A DNA stretch of 64,000 nt, from contig JBHGNT010000016.1 of NCBI GenBank assembly GCA_043228905.1, forward strand, positions 11,532,001 through 11,596,000. Direction: 5' to 3'. The DNA is from Azolla caroliniana. Lineage: Eukaryota > Plantae > Polypodiophyta. Position numbers and translations under genes: made by a program. Positions 60,200 to 64,000 of the stretch are shown here, in pieces (the stretch's first letter is position 1; each line of letters starts with the position of its first letter). Under the pieces are notes generated by a model. It saw only the letters and a list, made by a program, of their open reading frames with translations, had not been told where the DNA came from and ran no database searches.

Positions 60200-63100
60200 T
60201 GTTGGGAAATCGGTCCCTCCGGATGGGATCCAGTTATGAATGAAGAGGACCCGGTGAGAACCGGAAGAGAAGACATATTTGTAAATATATTTTTTGAGTA
60301 AGCCAATTGAGGCGATATTTGTAAATAGCCCTAAGCTCATATAAGTATAAATATGACTTAGGGCAATCACTCTGTAGTGAGTGTTGTCATATTGTTGTAT
60401 GTGCATAACTGTTATATAGAGAGATAGAGAGAGAGAGAGAGAGATATACAGAGTGATACTCTGTTGTAACCGCCGGCTGACGAAGATACAGAGCTCGAGG
60501 TCGTTGCCTCTGAGTCTCTGTTTGTACCTTTCTTATATAGTGATAGTTTGGAGTTTGTGGGATCCCGTGGTTTTTCCCTATTAGGGTTTTGCACGTAAAC
60601 ATCATGTGTATCCTCTATCATTGTTTGTGTGTGTATGTGCGTTCACTCCTTACTTCCCATTTCTGTGTTTGATTCTCATTGAAGTGATTCAAGACTCGGT
60701 TGTGGCCGAGCAATATTCAACGCTATTTCTCTACAATCTGGTATAAGAACGAACAACACAGGAAATGGAAGAATCGTTCGATGGCATGTTCAAGCTCACC
60801 GGCTCCAACTACTCAGTGTGGAAGTCGAAGATGAGGGATATGCTGGTGGTTAAAGATCTTTGGGGTCCAGTTCAATTCGGGGACAAGAGACCGGATAAGA
60901 TCAACACCACAATGTGGGAGGTGATGCACATGAAGACGGCGACATATATCCGGCGCTTCATCGACATGAGCCTGTACAACAATTTCAATGAAGAGAGCAA
61001 GGCTCATGAACTTTGGGAGAAGATAGGCATCATGTTCCAGAACAAGAATGCCGTTAATCAGGTTTCGGTATTCCGGAAGCTAGTGAGGCTCCGGTACCAG
61101 GACAACTCCAGCATGGTGGAGCACATGAATGCCTTCTAGGGGCTGATACATCAAGCAACCTTATTGGAAGTACCTCTCGTTGATGAGGTACTTGCATTAC
61201 TCCTGCTTGGTTCCCTCCCGGATAGTTTGGAGACGGTAGTTGTCAGGTTGGGCAACGCCAGGCCGGAAGGAAAGCAGTTGTCCCTAGCAAGGGTAAAATC
61301 AAGCTTGCTAGATGAAGAAGCTCGTCGGAAGGACCGAGAGTCCGGAACCAATCCGAAGGCCTCAGTCATGGAAGATGACCACAACCAGGGAAGAGGCTCG
61401 TATCAGAGTCCCCAAAACCAGGACAAATCGGGGACGAGGTCGAAGTCAAGGGGGAGGCCTACTTGCTTCTACTCTGGAAGCCGGAGCATTTCCAGAAGAA
61501 CTGTCGGCATTTTCGGAAAGAGAAAGAAACTGGAACTACCGATTCGAAGAAGAGTTCGAACCGAAACGGTTTGGACTAGAGAGGCCTGGATCGGAAAGGA
61601 ATGTCGGCAATCGTGATAAGTGAAGAAGAACTGATGCTCATTACCGAGGAGAATGAGTTAAACCTTGTCGGTGATGAGACAACGTGTGTTGTTGATTCCG
61701 GAGCGTCGTTCCAGCTGACACCGGATCGGAGATGCTTCTCATCCTACACAACCGGAGATCATAGTTGTGTCAGGATGGGGAATGAAGGAACCTGCCGAAT
61801 CGTCAACATAGCAGATGTGTTGTTGACAACATGAACCGGATGCAACTTGCTGCTGAAGGATGTCTGACACGTTCTAGAGGTTCGACTGAACCTAATATTA
61901 GCCGGTTGGCTAGATGATGAAGGCTACACAAGTAGCATCTGGAACGGAGTCATAAAATTCAGCAAAGGAAGCCTGATTGTGGCTCGAGCCCGGAAGGTCA
62001 ACACATTGTACTTGATGCATGCTCGGATATGCCGGGAAGAAGTGAATGTAGCATCCGACACTGCCAGTGAGTTGTGGCACAAAAGACTGCGTCACATGAG
62101 CCAGAAGGGGATGAGAAGACTTGCCGAAGACAACCTCATTCCGGAGGTGAAAGACGTGCACCTTGAGAAGTGCACCGATTGCTTGACCCGCAAGCAAAAC
62201 CGAACGTCCTTCCGGTCAAGACCACCGATGAGATAGAATGCACCATTGGAGCTAGTGCATACCGATGTGTGTTAAGTGGACACGAAGTCACATGCCGGAT
62301 CGCAGTACTTCGTGACATTCATAGATGATCACAACTTGAAGTTGTGGGTCTCAATGTTGAAGATGAAGAAAGTGTTATTCGTCTTCAAGGAACTCCATGC
62401 GAGAGTGGAAAGAGAAACCGGTTGGAAGCTGGAGGCGGTTCGAGTGGACAACGGAGGAGAATACAGGGGGCAGTTCGAGGAGTACTGCCAGTTGAAGGGA
62501 TTCCAGCTCGAATTCACCATGCCGAAGACGCCGGAATTGAACGGGCTGGCCGAACGGATGAACGAGACAATAATGGTCTGAAGCATGCTAACACATGCAA
62601 CGTTACCGAAGACGTTTTGGGCTGAGGCGTTGACGACGGTGACCTATGTGATAAATAGATCACCCTCAGTACCCTTGGACGGAGACACACCACAAAGAGT
62701 ATGGACCTGTAAGGACGTATCCTACTGGCATCTAAAGGTGTTCGAATGTCTCGCTTACATGCAGGTGGCGAAGGACAAGAGAGAAAAGATGAACCCGAAG
62801 TCCCAACCATGCATATTCCTTGGATACGGCGATGATGAGTTCGGTTATCGGGTGTGGGATCTGGTCGACAAGAAGGTGTTCCGGAGTCGGGACATAATCT
62901 TCATGGAAGACAAGACCATTGCCGATTGCGAGTCGGAGAAGAAGGTGATGAACTCCGGATCATCCAATGAAAACCGGCTTGAGGACATAAGGACATACCC
63001 GGTTGAAAACCGGATGTTAGCCAGTAACTAGGTGACACTCAACGAACCGGCTGAATACGACAAGAAACCGAACCGACCGAAGAAGAAGAAGACACTGGAA

Positions 63101-64000
63101 CTGGACAAGATCACAAATCAGATTTGGATTCAGAACAAACGGAGGAACCGGTAGTTAGAAACCAAGGACGGAGATATCCCCTCCGAGAGAGAAGAGCCCC
63201 CCGGAGATTTTTGGATGTAGAGCACGTGTTGTTAACCGATTAGGGCGAGCCAGAAAGCTTCGAAGAAGCAAAGAAAGACACCCATAACCGCAAGTGGTTG
63301 AGTGCCATGCAGGACGAGATGGATTCCCTGCATGAGAACCACACATATGAACTGACAGAGTTGCCGAAAGGGAAGAGAGCACTCTGGAACAAGTGGGTGT
63401 ACAAGCTGAAACTGGGAGATTCCGGAAATCCACCAAGGTATAAGGCCCCCCTAGTAAAGATGACATCTATCCGGACGGTATTGGGCATAAAGCATGGACC
63501 TCAAAGGTAGAGCACCTGGACGTCAAGACGACGTTCCTACACGGAGACCTCGAAGAAGAGATGTACATGCATCAACTGGAAGGATTTGAGAAGTAAGGGA
63601 AGGAGCACCTGGTGTGCTGGCTAAAGAAGAGCTTATGTGGATTGAAGCAAGCCCCCCGACAATCGTATCGGAAGTTCGACTCCTTCATGACTGACCAAGG
63701 GTACCACAAGACGCAGGCCAATCACTGCGTGTTTGTGAAGAAATTTGACGGAGGAGATTTCCTGATAGTCCTCCTATATGTGGATGATATGCTGATCGTC
63801 GGACAAGACCAAGGCAAGATTCGGATGCTGAAGAAGGCTCTGAACCGAACCTTCTCAATGAAAGAAAGACTTGGGTCTGGCAAGGCAGATATTGGGAATG
63901 CACATCATCCAGGACTGGTCGAAGAAGCTGTTGTGGTTGTCATAGGAGAAGTACGTGACAAAGGTGCTTCAACGGTTCAACATGTCGGAGATGAAACCGG
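60200..64000 (+). mobile_element. Degenerate Ty1/copia (5' LTR 60200-60735), runs off the window
   Basis: Degenerate PBS TGGTATAAGAAC at 60739; gag at 60765 (MEESFDGMFKLTGSNYSVWK); PR VVDSGAS; integrase; RT LLYVDDML at ~63770. Confidence 0.92.

Overview
Plant nuclear DNA, most likely a non-seed plant such as a fern (inferred from the TE lineages and the divergent MAX2). Most of the window is nested Ty1/copia and Ty3/gypsy LTR retrotransposons, solo LTRs and decayed fragments. They surround one intact, intronless host gene: the strigolactone/karrikin F-box LRR gene MAX2 (42490-44976, +). Main observations: (1) a very young, GC-rich non-chromovirus gypsy (3040-10347) with a tRNA-Trp PBS, a 4-bp TSD and a GGAUUUU-plus-pseudoknot frameshift signal; (2) that element sits in an exon of a decayed, spliced gene with a ParB/Sulfiredoxin-like motif; (3) four LTRs or LTR-like segments carry tRNA-like Pol III A/B boxes at near-constant spacing, and two of them also carry perfect heat-shock-element arrays; (4) a young chromovirus with TG...TA ends, a defective pol and a leader hairpin array. 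Coordinates were read by eye; boundaries without a TSD are approximate. No database searches were run.
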